From NCBI GenBank assembly GCA_963667015.2, contig CAXXJJ010000004.1, forward strand, positions 2,304,001 through 2,368,000: a stretch of 64,000 bases of DNA, in the 5' to 3' direction. Under the pieces are notes generated by a model. It was given only the letters and a program-made list of their open reading frames with translations. It searched no databases and was not told the origin of the DNA. The translations under genes and the position numbers were made by a program. The stretch comes from Desulfatiglandales bacterium (GTDB lineage Bacteria; Desulfobacterota; DSM-4660; Desulfatiglandales; HGW-15). Shown here in pieces: positions 48,166-58,740 of this stretch; the stretch's first letter is position 1, and each line of letters opens with the position of its first letter.

Positions 48166-48972
48166 TTGGACAGCAACATTAAGATCGCATCACTTATATT
48201 TGCAGCCGGAAAAGGCAGCAGGATGAAAGGCTATGACGGGAACAAGACAGTGCTTCCACTTGTACCGGAGGGCGACGACGTATTTAAGGGAAGCCGTCCC
48301 ATTCTGATCAGCATAATTGAAAAGCTCCCTGCAGGTCCAAAGGCCCTTGTGGTTAACCATAAAAAAGAAGATGTAATCAAGGCAACATCTTCCTTTGGTG
48401 TTTCCTACTATGAACAGCCTGAACTCAACGGGACAGGCGGAGCAATGCTGGCGGCAATGGATTTCATTAAAAATGAAGAATATGATTACCTGCTGATCAC
48501 AATGGGGGACACACCTCTTGTGAAGGCATCGACATTCATGGAACTGGTTAATTCCCTGTCTGACAGTCACATAAGTATTCTGGGCTTCTGCCCTGGAGAC
48601 AAAAAGAAGTATGGAGTATTTGATACTGAAGGCAGTAATGTAAAGAAGATCATAGAATGGGAATACTGGAACAAATACCCTGCTGATGAACAGAAAAGAC
48701 TCAATATATGTAACGGGGGCATATATGCAATTAAGAAGGATGCCCTGCTGAAATACCTTGAGTTATTAAGTGCACATCCCCACATTGTCAAAAAAGAAAG
48801 AGATGGCAAAAAGGTTGAGATAAAGGAATACTTTATAACCGATATGGTAGAGATGATGTATAATGACGGTCTTAAAACAGGTTATGTAGTTGCCGGTGAT
48901 GAGAATGAGGTGATGGGTGTTGATGATGTTGACTCTTTAAAAAAGGCGCAGCAGTTGTTTCAGCAATACTAG
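48166..48972 (+). CDS. Sugar-phosphate nucleotidyltransferase (GlmU N-terminal-like, stand-alone)
   Basis: AAGKGSRM...K, Q....GTGGA, MGDTPL, YG, CNGGIY, EYFITD, EVMGVD; SD AGGAG with TTG start. Confidence 0.82.
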   Translation: MDSNIKIASLIFAAGKGSRMKGYDGNKTVLPLVPEGDDVFKGSRPILISIIEKLPAGPKALVVNHKKEDVIKATSSFGVSYYEQPELNGTGGAMLAAMDFIKNEEYDYLLITMGDTPLVKASTFMELVNSLSDSHISILGFCPGDKKKYGVFDTEGSNVKKIIEWEYWNKYPADEQKRLNICNGGIYAIKKDALLKYLELLSAHPHIVKKERDGKKVEIKEYFITDMVEMMYNDGLKTGYVVAGDENEVMGVDDVDSLKKAQQLFQQY

Positions 48973-51371
48973 CCGAGTAATTCTCTTACCTTGCAGGCGA
49001 CCTCGCTGACAACAATCGGTTTCATTATAAATTCCTTGATCCCTATGTTTTTTGCATCCTCTTCAGAGATTACATCACTGAATCCGGTGCAGAGAATAAT
49101 AGGGATATCAGGTCTTATTGCTATTAATTCCTTTGCAAGTTGAGCACCTGTCATCTTTGGCATTGTCTGGTCGGTAATAACTATATCATAATGGTTGGGA
49201 TCTCTTTTATAGGCCGCCAGGGCATCAAGGCTGCTTGAATGTATTTCGACTGTATACCCCAGTCTTTCAAATATCTTTCTCTGAGCCTTGAGCAGGCCTT
49301 CCTCGTCATCAACCAGCAGCATAACCTCTGTGCCGCCGGGTATTGGGCGGGTTTCAATAGCATCAGCCTTTGGCAGTCTCCGGATCTTTGGGAAAAATAA
49401 AGAAAAACTTGTTCCTCTGCCCTTTTCACTCTCAACACGAATTGTACCTTTAAGTTCTTTTACAATGCCATAAACCACAGCAAGACCAAGCCCTGTACCT
49501 TCACCGCGTTCTTTGGTTGTAAAAAAGGGATCAAATATCCGCTCCATTGTGCTGTTATCCATACCATGACCGGTATCCTTTATAGTCAAACAAAGATAAG
49601 GGCCTGGACTAAGTTCAGGATAGACGGCTATGGATCTATAATCATTTTCGAACTGTTCAAGATTAATGGAAAGCGTGCCTCCGGTTTCACGCATTGCATG
49701 AGATGCATTCGTGCAAAGGTTCATCACAACCTGATGGATCTGGGTTGGATCAGCTATGACAAGATCATCTTCTTTTGATATATTCATTATAATTTCTATG
49801 GTAGATGGAAGAGAAGACCTGAGCATCTTTAATGCCTCACTGATGACCAGACTGATCTTAAGAGGTTTAAATTCAATCTCACTTTGTCTGCTGAAGGTTA
49901 AAATCTGTTTAACAAGATCGGTCGCTCTCTTTGAGGCCTTGAGGACCTCTTCCATTCTATGTTGAACAACAGTATTATCACTGTTCTCAAATTGGGCCAG
50001 CTCGGTATTTAGAATTATTGACTGCAGGATATTATTAAAATCATGTGCGATACCTCCCGCCAGGGTTCCGATAGACTCCATCTTCTGGGCCTGCTGAAGC
50101 AGAACCTCGATATTTTTTTTCTTTTCTTCAGTATTTGTCCTTTCTATCTCTGCAGATGTCCTTGCCGCCAGGATTTTCATCACATCCTCGGCCCTGTTCG
50201 GCAAAATAAGCCTGCCCTTTGACATTGCAGCCAGAACGCCCATAGGTTGTCCGTCCTTATCCAGCAGGCGTATTCCTACATAGCCATCCATTCCCAATTC
50301 CTGGATATGCGATGTCTTTGGGAAAAGCTCCAGTAACCCCACAGGAAAATAACTGTAGCCATTGGCTATAACGTTCTTGCTTGGAGATCCTTCAATTGGA
50401 AATGACACATCCTGCAACAGACGTCCGTCTTTAATAATGGAGATTGATTCAAGATATGATTTATCGACCAGCCGCCCTATCAGGGCTATGTCACAATCCA
50501 GCCATGCCGAAATCTCCCTGACAATCTTATCGAAAAAATCCTGTCCTACAACCCATGCTGTCCCCTCAAGAATTGCATTAAATGCCTTTTCAGACTGTTT
50601 CTTTTCCGTAATATCTTCAGCTATACCGACGATACGAAATGGTTTGCCCTCTTCATTATAGATTGGATATCCACGCGCTGAAATCCAGTGGATCGACCAG
50701 TCAGTATGTATTATCCTGTAGTCAGGAAAGGTTAGCTCTGTTAAATCGCCGTCGATCTTTTCCTGAAGGTATGACATGATGACTTGTTTGTCTTCGTCAA
50801 CTATTGTGTCAATCCATGACATGGGTCTTTCATAAAGGCTTTCACATGAAAGGCCCCAGACACTTTCATAGGCAGGGCTTATATAGTGGACCTGTTTCCA
50901 GTCAGGAGATACTACCCAGAAAACCTCCTGGATATTTTCCGCGAGTTGCCTGAAACGTTCTTCACTTTCCATCAAGGCCGTTTCTGCAGTTTTATGTTTT
51001 GTCTCATCCGAGTATATAGCAACTATTTCATGTGAAGGAAGCCGGTATACATTGTTTTCTTTCCAGCCGACAGTGTGGGAATCTTTATATAATGAAGCTG
51101 GATGGTGCTCAGGAATACCTGATTCCCACACTCTCCTGAACACATCGAGCAGTCCAAACTCCCTTACGCCTGGGAATACCTCTGTAACTCTTTTCCCGAT
51201 CAGATCCGCTCTCTTAACATTCTCTATTCTCTCTGCGGCCCTGTTAATCTCAACAAAGACAAAATCACTCCCGTCATCAACAGCCCTGTATACTGCGATT
51301 GCATTTCCGGTATTTTCAAAAATTCCTTCATGTCTTTCTTTGTATTTAAACAGGTCGTCTACGCCTTCCAT
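48969..51371 (-). CDS. Hybrid sensor histidine kinase (PAS-PAS-GAF-HisKA-HATPase-REC)
   Basis: GGIAHDFNNIL, NLCTNA, DTGHG, FFTTK..GEGTGLGL, LVDDE...TDQTMP...KP. Confidence 0.93.
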   Translation of the reverse strand: MEGVDDLFKYKERHEGIFENTGNAIAVYRAVDDGSDFVFVEINRAAERIENVKRADLIGKRVTEVFPGVREFGLLDVFRRVWESGIPEHHPASLYKDSHTVGWKENNVYRLPSHEIVAIYSDETKHKTAETALMESEERFRQLAENIQEVFWVVSPDWKQVHYISPAYESVWGLSCESLYERPMSWIDTIVDEDKQVIMSYLQEKIDGDLTELTFPDYRIIHTDWSIHWISARGYPIYNEEGKPFRIVGIAEDITEKKQSEKAFNAILEGTAWVVGQDFFDKIVREISAWLDCDIALIGRLVDKSYLESISIIKDGRLLQDVSFPIEGSPSKNVIANGYSYFPVGLLELFPKTSHIQELGMDGYVGIRLLDKDGQPMGVLAAMSKGRLILPNRAEDVMKILAARTSAEIERTNTEEKKKNIEVLLQQAQKMESIGTLAGGIAHDFNNILQSIILNTELAQFENSDNTVVQHRMEEVLKASKRATDLVKQILTFSRQSEIEFKPLKISLVISEALKMLRSSLPSTIEIIMNISKEDDLVIADPTQIHQVVMNLCTNASHAMRETGGTLSINLEQFENDYRSIAVYPELSPGPYLCLTIKDTGHGMDNSTMERIFDPFFTTKERGEGTGLGLAVVYGIVKELKGTIRVESEKGRGTSFSLFFPKIRRLPKADAIETRPIPGGTEVMLLVDDEEGLLKAQRKIFERLGYTVEIHSSSLDALAAYKRDPNHYDIVITDQTMPKMTGAQLAKELIAIRPDIPIILCTGFSDVISEEDAKNIGIKEFIMKPIVVSEVACKVRELLG

Positions 51372-51731
51372 TTTATGCCCTTTTGATGTGATATTAGCAG
51401 AAAAAATCTAATCTAATTATTTTAAGATCAATAAAATGCCAGCAGGACTTTTTCAGAGGATTATATAAATAACTGCTTATTATTACATAATTTAGGTTCA
51501 ATTATACCTGATACAACAAATAAAGCATATCTTTTTTTATATTACAGGGATTCTATAGCTTTTATCTAACATATTATATCTCTGTTATTGCAACGTATAC
51601 CCTAAAAATGTGTATACTATTTACCCTTTACAGTAATATAACTGCATACAAAATATACACTGGTAGAAATAAATATATTGCAACATTTATCTTTTTTATT
51701 TTAAATTAACCTTATACTATAATTCACCCAA

Positions 51732-51747
51732 TGGAACGGTTGTTGCT
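51732..51747 (+). promoter_or_regulatory. Sigma-54 promoter (-24/-12) for the ZraSR-like operon
   Basis: TGGAACGGTTGTTGCT (GG-N10-GC); two related 17-mers upstream at 51610-51626 and 51644-51660. Confidence 0.6.
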
Positions 51748-51759
51748 TATATGCTTGAT

Positions 51760-53571
51760 ATGACAAATAACTTTCAAAATCCGGCCAGAACAAAATTCAG
51801 GCCGTTATTCTGGATAATGGCAGGATGTATACTTATCCTCCTGCCTATCTTCATTTTCTGGACCACAGATAATATTAAAAGGCAAAATCGCGCTATCGAA
51901 CAACTCCTCACTGATAAAGGACAAGGTTTTATTTATACACTGGAAGAATATGTCAGGAGGAGCATGATGATGAGGTCAACAGAATTTCAGTTTCCGGGCC
52001 AAGGCTGGAATGAGCAGGGATACAATCAGGATCCTTTACAGCCGTTAGTTACCTTTTTTGCCAGATTTCCGGATATATCTTATATAATATTAACCGACCT
52101 CGATGGTAACATTACAAATCATAATGAGACAGATCAGATTGGAAAAAATTATGGTGATAATATTGACTATCCTTCATTAATCCATTTCGGCGGACCGCAT
52201 AAACGGGAAACAGAAAGCAGGGATGGAAAAAAGATATTTGAAGTGTACAGGGTATTTTTACCAAAATTATCACCAGGACTATCACAAACACAAGGCAGCC
52301 AGAGAAATCTTCAGAACAGAAATACAAGATTCCAGAGCCAGAGATTTCCAGGCATCCCCGAGGAAGGAAGCCGCATTATTTTTATAGGCCTCGACATGAC
52401 AAATATTGAGGCCCGAAGCAAAGAAGACAGCAGGGAAGTTTTCAAGAGAGGTTTTTACCTGCTTTTAATAGGGTTTGCCGGTATCTCACTGCTGATTCTC
52501 GTTCAGGCCTACAGGACTGCGCAGTCATCACTGTCCAGGATAAAGGCCCTTTCTGATAACATTGTCGATAACATGCCTATCGGGCTTATTGTACTCGATA
52601 CCAAATCCGCTATTGCCTCATTCAACAATTCAGCCGAAACACTGCTTCATATTCCAAGTGTAAAAATAATTGGAAAATCGGTAGAAGAAAAACTGCCTGA
52701 TCAGCTTATAGAGCTTATAAACGAGTTGCGGAAGAATAAAAAGAATATAGTTAAAGAAATCGAGATAGATCTTGGCGAACATGGGAAGGTATATCTGGAT
52801 ATAAACATGTCAATCCTGGAGGACAGTTCCGGACTACTGCTGGGATATATAATCCTTTTCCGTGATTTATCCGAGGTTCAGGAACTTAAAAAGGAAGTGG
52901 AAAGAAGCACAAGGCTTGCATCAATAGGAAGGCTTGCAGCAGGAGTAGCCCATGAAATCAGAAATCCTTTAAGCTCAATAAAGGGTTTCGCCACCTACTT
53001 TGGCGAAAGATACAAGGATATACCCGAGGATAAAGACACTGCCCAGATAATGGTAAATGAGGTTGAAAGGTTGAACCGTGTAATCAGCCAGCTTCTTGAA
53101 TTTGCACGTCCTGTTAATATTAACAGGAAAACTGTCGACATCAAAACTATCATTAACCATTCGGTAAAAATGATAGAAAGAAATGCCCATGAAAAAGATA
53201 TCAGGGTACATGTTGAGGTTCCATCAGGCATCCCCCATATTGCAGTTGACTCTGACCGCATAAATCAGGTGTTTTTAAATCTTTTTTTAAACAGCATTGA
53301 GGCAATGGATTCAGGAGGGGAGCTATCGATTTCAGTCAATTACGACTCTACCGCTGAAATGATGAAAATAAAAGTAAGTGATACGGGCAAAGGGATCTCT
53401 CCCAGTGATATCGGCAATGTTTTTGATCCCTACTTTACGACAAAACAGTCAGGCACAGGACTTGGTCTTGCGATTGTTCACCGGATAATTGAATCTCATG
53501 ACGGAGAAATAAAGGTAGAGAGCAATCAAGGGAAAGGGACTGACGCCACTATTATACTTCCCCTGGATTAA
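51760..53571 (+). CDS. Membrane sensor histidine kinase with PAS domain (ZraS/HydH-like)
   Basis: Two TM helices, periplasmic domain, PAS, GVAHEIRNPL, DTGKG, FTTK..GTGLGL; start 51751 or 51760. Confidence 0.9.
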   Translation: MTNNFQNPARTKFRPLFWIMAGCILILLPIFIFWTTDNIKRQNRAIEQLLTDKGQGFIYTLEEYVRRSMMMRSTEFQFPGQGWNEQGYNQDPLQPLVTFFARFPDISYIILTDLDGNITNHNETDQIGKNYGDNIDYPSLIHFGGPHKRETESRDGKKIFEVYRVFLPKLSPGLSQTQGSQRNLQNRNTRFQSQRFPGIPEEGSRIIFIGLDMTNIEARSKEDSREVFKRGFYLLLIGFAGISLLILVQAYRTAQSSLSRIKALSDNIVDNMPIGLIVLDTKSAIASFNNSAETLLHIPSVKIIGKSVEEKLPDQLIELINELRKNKKNIVKEIEIDLGEHGKVYLDINMSILEDSSGLLLGYIILFRDLSEVQELKKEVERSTRLASIGRLAAGVAHEIRNPLSSIKGFATYFGERYKDIPEDKDTAQIMVNEVERLNRVISQLLEFARPVNINRKTVDIKTIINHSVKMIERNAHEKDIRVHVEVPSGIPHIAVDSDRINQVFLNLFLNSIEAMDSGGELSISVNYDSTAEMMKIKVSDTGKGISPSDIGNVFDPYFTTKQSGTGLGLAIVHRIIESHDGEIKVESNQGKGTDATIILPLD

Positions 53572-53616
53572 ATGAATAATTCAGACAGGACGACAGATTA
53601 AAATCAGGAAATCCAA

Positions 53617-54987
53617 ATGAACAGCGATAAAAAATATTCAATCCTTGTTGTCGATGATGATACTGCACATCGCACAATGTTGAAAACCCTTACTTCAGGC
53701 TGGGGATACCTTATAGAAGAAGCTGATGACGGTTCGACAGCCATAGCAAAGGTGGAAGAAAGGGCATATGATCTGATACTTATGGATGTTCGAATGGTAC
53801 AGGTCTCCGGTATCGAGGCTCTCAAGGAAATAAAAATAATTAACCCTGCCATACCGATTATTATCATGACCGCCTATTCATCTGTTGAGACTGCGGTTGA
53901 TGCACTTAAGAGCGGAGCATATGATTATCTCACAAAACCCCTTGATTTTGATGAGCTCAAGATTGCAATAGCAAGAGCGATGGATCATACCGGTTTAAAA
54001 GAAGAGAACCGAATGTTAAGGGAAAGTATCGGGAGTCATTTTGACAGGAGAAATATAATCGGCAGAAGTCCTGTTATGGTAAAACTGCTTGAAACCGTGG
54101 CACAGGTATCTCCATCGGAGGCTACAATATTGATTTCGGGAGATTCAGGCACAGGGAAGGAGATGATTGCCGGCGCGATCCATTATAACAGCTCCAGAAA
54201 GGATGCGCCCTTTATAAAGATCAATTGTGCGGCCATTACCGAAACCCTTCTTGAATCGGAACTCTTCGGGCATGAAAAAGGGGCCTTTACAGGTGCCAGC
54301 AGGAAAAAAGAAGGCAAGTTCAGACTTGCACACGGGGGAAGTATCTTCCTCGATGAAATAGGTGAAATGCCCATGTCCATGCAGGTTAAGCTTTTAAGGG
54401 TATTGCAGGAGAGAGAAATAACCAGGGTTGGCGGTGAAGAGGTAATAAAGGTTGATGTACGTGTTATAGCCGCATCAAACAGGGATCTGTTAAAAGATAT
54501 AGAACAGAACAGGTTCAGGGAAGACCTTTATTACAGGCTTAATGTTGTAGAACTGAGGATGCCGCTCCTAAAGGACAGGAAAGAAGACATCCCCCTTCTT
54601 GCACAGCATTATCTGGAGATGTTCTCTGAAAAAAACCGAAAACAGGCCAGGGGGTTTACACCGCGTGCAATGGACGCACTTCTCAAATATGAATGGCCCG
54701 GTAATGTAAGAGAACTGATGAATGCGATTGAAAGATGTGTAGTCCTTTCCACAGAGGATTATATTGATCAGAATGACCTTCCGTTTATCTTCAAAAACGA
54801 TGAGGATATTGCAAATGATTCATTACCTATTATCACCGGAGATGTTCCCCTTGAAGAAGTAGAAAAGGCGACCATCTTAAACACCCTTGAATCCACAAAT
54901 GGGAATAAGAGTGAGGCCGCCAGAAGGCTGGGAATCACACGCAAGACACTTCATAAAAAATTGAAAAAATATGGCGTTATGCCCTGA
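53617..54987 (+). CDS. Sigma-54-dependent response regulator (ZraR/NtrC family)
   Basis: REC, GDSGTGKE, ESELFGHEKGAFTGA, FLDEIG, FREDLYYRL, WPGNVREL, Fis-type HTH. Confidence 0.95.
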   Translation: MNSDKKYSILVVDDDTAHRTMLKTLTSGWGYLIEEADDGSTAIAKVEERAYDLILMDVRMVQVSGIEALKEIKIINPAIPIIIMTAYSSVETAVDALKSGAYDYLTKPLDFDELKIAIARAMDHTGLKEENRMLRESIGSHFDRRNIIGRSPVMVKLLETVAQVSPSEATILISGDSGTGKEMIAGAIHYNSSRKDAPFIKINCAAITETLLESELFGHEKGAFTGASRKKEGKFRLAHGGSIFLDEIGEMPMSMQVKLLRVLQEREITRVGGEEVIKVDVRVIAASNRDLLKDIEQNRFREDLYYRLNVVELRMPLLKDRKEDIPLLAQHYLEMFSEKNRKQARGFTPRAMDALLKYEWPGNVRELMNAIERCVVLSTEDYIDQNDLPFIFKNDEDIANDSLPIITGDVPLEEVEKATILNTLESTNGNKSEAARRLGITRKTLHKKLKKYGVMP

Positions 54988-55558
54988 TATTCTGAAAAAA
55001 GGGGTTAAATCTTCTTTCCTGCCCTATAATTGAAGCTGGTCCATGGCCCGGATATACCCTTAAATCATCACCAAGGGGAAATATTTTATTAATAACACCC
55101 TGGATCAGGCTGTTATAATCACCTCCCGGAAAGTCAGTGCGTCCTATAGAACCTGCAAAAAGGGTATCTCCTGTGAATACAGCGCCGGGGGCACAAAGGC
55201 ATACTCCTCCGGGTGAATGTCCGGGAGTATGAAGAACCGATATCTTATATTCCCCGATATTAAATTCCTGACCGTCTTCAAGATACCCGTCAGGAGTAAA
55301 ACCCAGTGAAGAGGCATCCCCGGCATGAATAAAAACAGGGGCCTTCGTATTATCCCGGAGTTCAACCGCTCCGTCTGTATGATCAAAATGCCCGTGGGTA
55401 AGTATAATCTTTGTGATCCTGAGCCCCGCCTTTGTAATCTCTTTCACTATGCTTGATGCATCTCCGCCAGGATCAATAACCATTCCTTCTTTACTGTTAT
55501 TGCAGCCAAGAATATAACAGTTTGCCTGTAACTGGCCTACAGCCATTTTTTTTAACAC
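54977..55558 (-). CDS. MBL-fold hydrolase, glyoxalase II-like (GloC/YcbL family)
   Basis: NCYI, THGHFDH, HTPGHSPG, GDTLF..SIGRTD, PGHG. Confidence 0.9.
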   Translation of the reverse strand: MLKKMAVGQLQANCYILGCNNSKEGMVIDPGGDASSIVKEITKAGLRITKIILTHGHFDHTDGAVELRDNTKAPVFIHAGDASSLGFTPDGYLEDGQEFNIGEYKISVLHTPGHSPGGVCLCAPGAVFTGDTLFAGSIGRTDFPGGDYNSLIQGVINKIFPLGDDLRVYPGHGPASIIGQERRFNPFFQNIRA

Positions 55559-55715
55559 TGTGCAACCTCCGATATTTTTTTATGGTAGTAGAAAAAAATA
55601 ACGATTTATCATATTAAGTCAAGAGCCTGTTAAACTGCGATTGATAGATAAACCTATCTGTGTTAGATATTACCTTTAATAAATTATTAATATACTTCAA
55701 ATGCGGGGTTTTTAT

Positions 55716-55994
55716 ATGGAAAAGGAACTGCTTTTTATTACCGTAATTGGTGGTGACAAAAAGGGAATCGTCGCCAAGATATCAAATCTGTTATATGAGT
55801 GCGATATCAACATAGAGGATATCAGCCAGAAGATAATGGATACATACTTTGTAATGACAATGCTGGTGGACATGAAGGAAGCAAAACACAGTCTGGAGAA
55901 GGTAAGAGAAGAACTGGAAAAAATCGGTGAAGAGCTCAAACTGAAGGTCCAGATTCAGCATGAAAATATCTTTAAAATGATGCACAGGATTTAA
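55716..55994 (+). CDS. ACT-domain protein (UPF0237)
   Basis: ITVIGGDKKGIVA..S, NIEDISQ, QHENIF..MHRI; paired with DUF711. Confidence 0.88.
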   Translation: MEKELLFITVIGGDKKGIVAKISNLLYECDINIEDISQKIMDTYFVMTMLVDMKEAKHSLEKVREELEKIGEELKLKVQIQHENIFKMMHRI

Positions 55995-55997
55995 AAA

Positions 55998-57356
55998 ATG
56001 CCGATATCAGTTGAAGAAGTCTTCGAAACCGCAAGCATGATCCTGTATCAGAATCTTGATATCAGGACCACAACAATGGGGATCAACCTTAAGGACTGCA
56101 TTGACAATGATTTTAACCGGTTTACCGAAAAGGTTTATGAAAAAATCAGTTCAAATGCAACCAGACTGGTTAAACAGGCAAAGGCCCTGGAGATAAAATA
56201 TGGCGTTCCTATTGTAAATAAAAGAATATCTATTACCCCGGTCAGCCTGATCATGGAAACCCATTGTGAAAAAGAAAAGTTTATTAAAATGGCAAAGACA
56301 ATGGACAGGGCCGTTGAAGAGGCAGGGATTGATTTTATCGGGGGCTTTGGTGCAATTGTACATAAAGGACTCACTCCATCGGACAGGATGCTTATTGAAT
56401 CCCTCCCGGATGTATTTGCCGAAACAGCAAGGGTCTGCTCATTCCTGAATGTAGGTACAAACACAGCAGGGCTGAACCTGGATGCCATCAACCTGGTCGG
56501 CCCCATGCTCAAGGAAACGGCAGAAAAAACAAAGGATGCCATTGGCTGTGCCAAGTTCGTGGTCTTTGCAAATGCACCTGAAGATAACCCCTTTATGGCC
56601 GGGGCATTCCATGGAATAGGAGAACCTGATATTACGCTTAATATCGGTATCAGCGGACCGGGAGTTGTAAACAGCGTGGTCGAGAAAAACCGGGACTGTA
56701 ATCTTACGCAGTTATCTGAGATTATAAAAAGGACTGTTTTCAAAATAACCAGGGGCGGTGAGCTGATCGGCCGGGAACTGGCCGAAAACCTTGGTATCCC
56801 CTTCGGAATAGTGGACATATCTCTCGCCCCGACTACAGCAGCCGGAGATTCGGTGGCAAATATTATCGAGGCATTCGGGATTGAATCAGTTGGAGCCCAC
56901 GGATCAACACTTGCCGTAGCACTGCTCATGGATGCAGTCAAAAAAGGCGGCGCCATGGCAAGCGGCAATGTAGGAGGCCTCAGCGGAACATTTATACCAA
57001 TCAGCGAAGATACAGGAATGATCAATGCGGTTAAAAAAGGGCTCCTCAGCCTCGACAAACTTGAAGCACTGACATCCGTATGCTCGGTTGGACTGGATAT
57101 GTTTGCCATCCCCGGGGATACCCCTGCCAGTACAATAAATGCGATTATCGCAGATGAACTGGCCATAGGTGTAATAAACAATAAGACAACTGCTGTAAGG
57201 GTAATACCTGTGCCAGGCATGAAGGCTGGCGAATCTGTGGACTTTGGCGGACTCCTTGGTGAAGCTCCCATCATGAAGGTAAATAAAGGTTCTGCAGCAG
57301 CATTTTTAAAAAGAGGGGGAAGAATGCCTGCTCCTGTTACAAGTATGAGGAATTAA
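55998..57356 (+). CDS. DUF711 / UPF0210 PFL-like family protein
   Basis: [52 protein letters not shown]. Confidence 0.92.
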   Translation: MPISVEEVFETASMILYQNLDIRTTTMGINLKDCIDNDFNRFTEKVYEKISSNATRLVKQAKALEIKYGVPIVNKRISITPVSLIMETHCEKEKFIKMAKTMDRAVEEAGIDFIGGFGAIVHKGLTPSDRMLIESLPDVFAETARVCSFLNVGTNTAGLNLDAINLVGPMLKETAEKTKDAIGCAKFVVFANAPEDNPFMAGAFHGIGEPDITLNIGISGPGVVNSVVEKNRDCNLTQLSEIIKRTVFKITRGGELIGRELAENLGIPFGIVDISLAPTTAAGDSVANIIEAFGIESVGAHGSTLAVALLMDAVKKGGAMASGNVGGLSGTFIPISEDTGMINAVKKGLLSLDKLEALTSVCSVGLDMFAIPGDTPASTINAIIADELAIGVINNKTTAVRVIPVPGMKAGESVDFGGLLGEAPIMKVNKGSAAAFLKRGGRMPAPVTSMRN

Positions 57357-57381
57357 TTCTATCAATCAGGAGATACCGCAG

Positions 57382-58638
57382 GTGTCAATAAAGCCAACCT
57401 ATGAAGAATTATTAAAAAAGCTCGAAAATCTTGAAGCAGAAAATGAAAGATTAAAAGATAATTTGAAACAGTCCCAAAAAATGGAGGTAATAGGCGCCCT
57501 CGCCAGCAATGTAGCCCACGATCTGAATAATATCCTGTCCGGCATAGTCAGTTATCCCGAACTTATCTTAATGGATCTGCCAGAAGGCAGTCCTCTGAAA
57601 AAACCTGTCAACACTATAAAACAATCCGGTGAGAGAGCTGCCCTTATTGTCCAGGATCTACTTACCCTGTTGCGAAGAGGGGCACCTGTAACCCAGATAC
57701 TGAATTTGAATGATATAATCACCGAATTGAAGGGCAGTCCTGAATTCCGTAATATTAAATTTAATCATCCGGGGATTAAAATAGTATTTGAACTTGAAAT
57801 GCCACTGCAAAATATAAAGGGTTCATCAAACCATATATCAAAATCAGTCATAAATCTTATCTCCAATGCTGCAGAATCAATTGAAGGCATGGGAAAAATC
57901 ACGGTATCCACCGGCAGCAGATACATGGATACCCCCGAAAAGGGTTATAAACGGATAATCGAAAAAGGGCAGTATGTTACAATCACTGTCGATGATACAG
58001 GTGCAGGTATTTCCGAGACTGATCTGCCCAGAATATTCGAGCCTTTTTATACAAAAAAAGTAATGGGAAGAAGCGGTACTGGTCTGGAGATGCCGGTTAT
58101 ATGGGGAACAGTTCAGGATCATAAAGGTTTTATTGACATCAACACCACTGAAGGCAGGGGCACAACCTTTACCCTTTACTTTCCTGTAACAGAGGCGAAG
58201 CAAAAAGAAAAAATATCCCGAGACATAAATGAATACAACGGAAATGGCGAATCTATACTTGTTGTTGATGATGTTTTTGAACAGCGTGAGATAGCCTGTG
58301 TTATCCTTGAAAAACTGGGGTACTCCCCATCATCTGTTTCCAGCGGTGAAGAGGCAGTCGATTATCTCCATAGCAACCATGCTGACCTGGTTGTGATGGA
58401 TATGGTAATGGATCCGGGAATGGATGGTCTTGAAACCTGTAAAAAAATTGCAGAGTTTAAACCGGAGCAAAAAATAATAATCGCAAGCGGATACTCTGAG
58501 ACAGAAAAAATCAAGGATCTTCAGAACCTTATTGGTGATACCTATGTGAAAAAGCCATACACAGTGAAAGAAATAGGAAAGGCGATTAAAAAAGAGCTGC
58601 AAAAAAACAACATATTAACCTCTCTCCAGTTATTTTAA
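57382..58638 (+). CDS. Hybrid histidine kinase (HisKA-HATPase-REC) without a sensor domain
   Basis: KPTYEEL coiled coil, VAHDLNNILSG, FYTKKVMGRSGTGL, VVDD...MDMVM...KP; SD AGGAG with GTG start. Confidence 0.9.
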   Translation: MSIKPTYEELLKKLENLEAENERLKDNLKQSQKMEVIGALASNVAHDLNNILSGIVSYPELILMDLPEGSPLKKPVNTIKQSGERAALIVQDLLTLLRRGAPVTQILNLNDIITELKGSPEFRNIKFNHPGIKIVFELEMPLQNIKGSSNHISKSVINLISNAAESIEGMGKITVSTGSRYMDTPEKGYKRIIEKGQYVTITVDDTGAGISETDLPRIFEPFYTKKVMGRSGTGLEMPVIWGTVQDHKGFIDINTTEGRGTTFTLYFPVTEAKQKEKISRDINEYNGNGESILVVDDVFEQREIACVILEKLGYSPSSVSSGEEAVDYLHSNHADLVVMDMVMDPGMDGLETCKKIAEFKPEQKIIIASGYSETEKIKDLQNLIGDTYVKKPYTVKEIGKAIKKELQKNNILTSLQLF

Positions 58639-58663
58639 AAACTCTCCATATATAAAAATTACT

Positions 58664-58690
58664 TCAGGTTTTAGTAACTTATGCCGATTA
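58664..58690 (+). promoter_or_regulatory. Sigma-28 (FliA)-like promoter
   Basis: TCAG-N15-GCCGATTA against consensus TAAA-N15-GCCGATAA. Confidence 0.45.
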
Positions 58691-58740
58691 TTGTATATAA
58701 ATATCAACTATTCAATTGGGTTTCCAGGGTAGGGTCCTGA

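Noticed and set aside
56135..57274. 379-aa minus-strand ORF
   Set aside because: Antisense shadow of the DUF711 gene; S/P/A-rich with no motifs. The same applies to the many shorter antisense ORFs in the track.
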